From: an uncultured Thermoplasmata archaeon
GTDB lineage: Archaea; Thermoplasmatota; Thermoplasmata; Halarchaeoplasmatales; Halarchaeoplasmataceae
Assembly: GCA_964399335.1 (NCBI GenBank)
Contig: CAYNQI010000014.1
Span: forward strand, 1-26,992
Reading direction: 5' to 3'
Length of the DNA stretch: 26,992 bases
Shown here: in pieces, positions 26,235 to 26,992 of the stretch
Position numbering within the stretch: the first letter of the stretch is position 1
How the letters are laid out: every line of letters begins with the position of its first letter
The notes under the pieces: model-generated
What the model was told of the DNA's origin: nothing
What the model saw: the letters and a program-made list of their open reading frames with translations, nothing else
The model's database searches: none
Position numbers and translations under genes: made by a program

Positions 26235-26992
26235 ATGGATAAGAAGATAACTATTCCGGAAGATGTCGACTCAGTAGCTTTAAAGTTCCTTGATCTACAA
26301 GGTAGGATCAGGGAGATACGTATAATGCCAGATATGTTGGGTGTCATCCTTAAGGATGGGATGAGTTTTGACTCATCAAACGTCGGTTTTACAGATGTCT
26401 CAGAAAGCGATATGGTGGCGGTACCAGATCCCGATAGCTATAGGATCATGGATTATGAAAATGAAAAAGTAGCTGTTTTCTTGTGCGAGATGCACTGGCC
26501 CGATGGAACGCTGTTCAAAGGTGACCCCCGTACCCTATTGAAAAGCACCTTAAACGAACTATATGAACAAGGGATGAACGTCAGAGTGAAACCGGAGTAT
26601 GAATTTCATCTTTTGGATAAAGAAACAAGAGAACCGATAGATACTGGTAGGTATATAGATGGTAGGAGTGAGTACACAGGTATCATCGCTAAACTTACGA
26701 AATTGGTGAGAGAGTTGAACATGAAAGTTGAAAAGATCCATCATGAAGCTGGTCATGGACAGTTTGAGATCGAACCCATGCCTTATGATGATACCCTAAA
26801 AGCTGCTGATGATTTCGTTTTTGTAAAGGACCTAGTCAAAAGGGAAGCAGAGAAATATGGAGCGATAGCTACCTTCATGCCGAAACCCGTCGATGGTGAT
26901 GCCGGTAACGGGCTTCACGTCCATCTCTCTCTGATGAAAGATGGAGAATATTTGTTCTCTCCAGATGAGTTGAACGAGGAGGCAAAGGGATT
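26235..26992 (+). CDS. glnA: Glutamine synthetase type I-like protein, 3'-truncated by the window edge
   Basis: Open from ATG 26235 (GGTG SD at about 26225) to the window end. KFLDLQG, FDSSNVG, SDM...PDP, DPR, PEYEF, HHEAGHGQFEI, ATFMPKP and GNGLHVHLSL. Not in the ORF track because no stop lies in the window. Confidence 0.9.
   Translation, partial: MDKKITIPEDVDSVALKFLDLQGRIREIRIMPDMLGVILKDGMSFDSSNVGFTDVSESDMVAVPDPDSYRIMDYENEKVAVFLCEMHWPDGTLFKGDPRTLLKSTLNELYEQGMNVRVKPEYEFHLLDKETREPIDTGRYIDGRSEYTGIIAKLTKLVRELNMKVEKIHHEAGHGQFEIEPMPYDDTLKAADDFVFVKDLVKREAEKYGAIATFMPKPVDGDAGNGLHVHLSLMKDGEYLFSPDELNEEAKG

Overview
Archaeal chromosomal segment, AT-rich. It most resembles uncultured halophilic/haloalkaliphilic Thermoplasmata; this is an inference from PolB/RadB/ACD types, TATA-box promoters, GGTG-type SD sites and very acidic secreted proteins. 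Left to right: the 3' end of a Glu-rich protein with three double-zinc-ribbon repeats (missed by the ORF track), a long TPR protein, an archaeal YchF/Obg GTPase, cellular family B DNA polymerase, a multi-Ig cell-surface protein, a SAM methyltransferase, radB and tRNA-Leu(UAA). Next is a 2236-aa secreted beta-helix (NosD-like) protein with a complete subtilisin cassette inserted in its middle. Then come ADP-forming acyl-CoA synthetase alpha, a RelB/RelE-type toxin-antitoxin module whose toxin is frameshifted (missed by the ORF track), queE, an ATP-NAD kinase-family gene, an MFS transporter, a PAP2 phosphatase, two GNATs, a small membrane zinc-ribbon protein and ybjQ. The window ends with a shortened SHMT-like enzyme lacking the folate-binding loops and the 5' part of a divergent glutamine synthetase-like gene (missed by the ORF track). 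No mobile element, CRISPR array or intein was found. Best leads: the protease-in-beta-helix giant with its twin GWN C-terminal domain, the folate-loop-less SHMT-like plus GS-like gene pair, and the disarmed TA module. All family assignments are from motif recognition by eye; no database searches were run.
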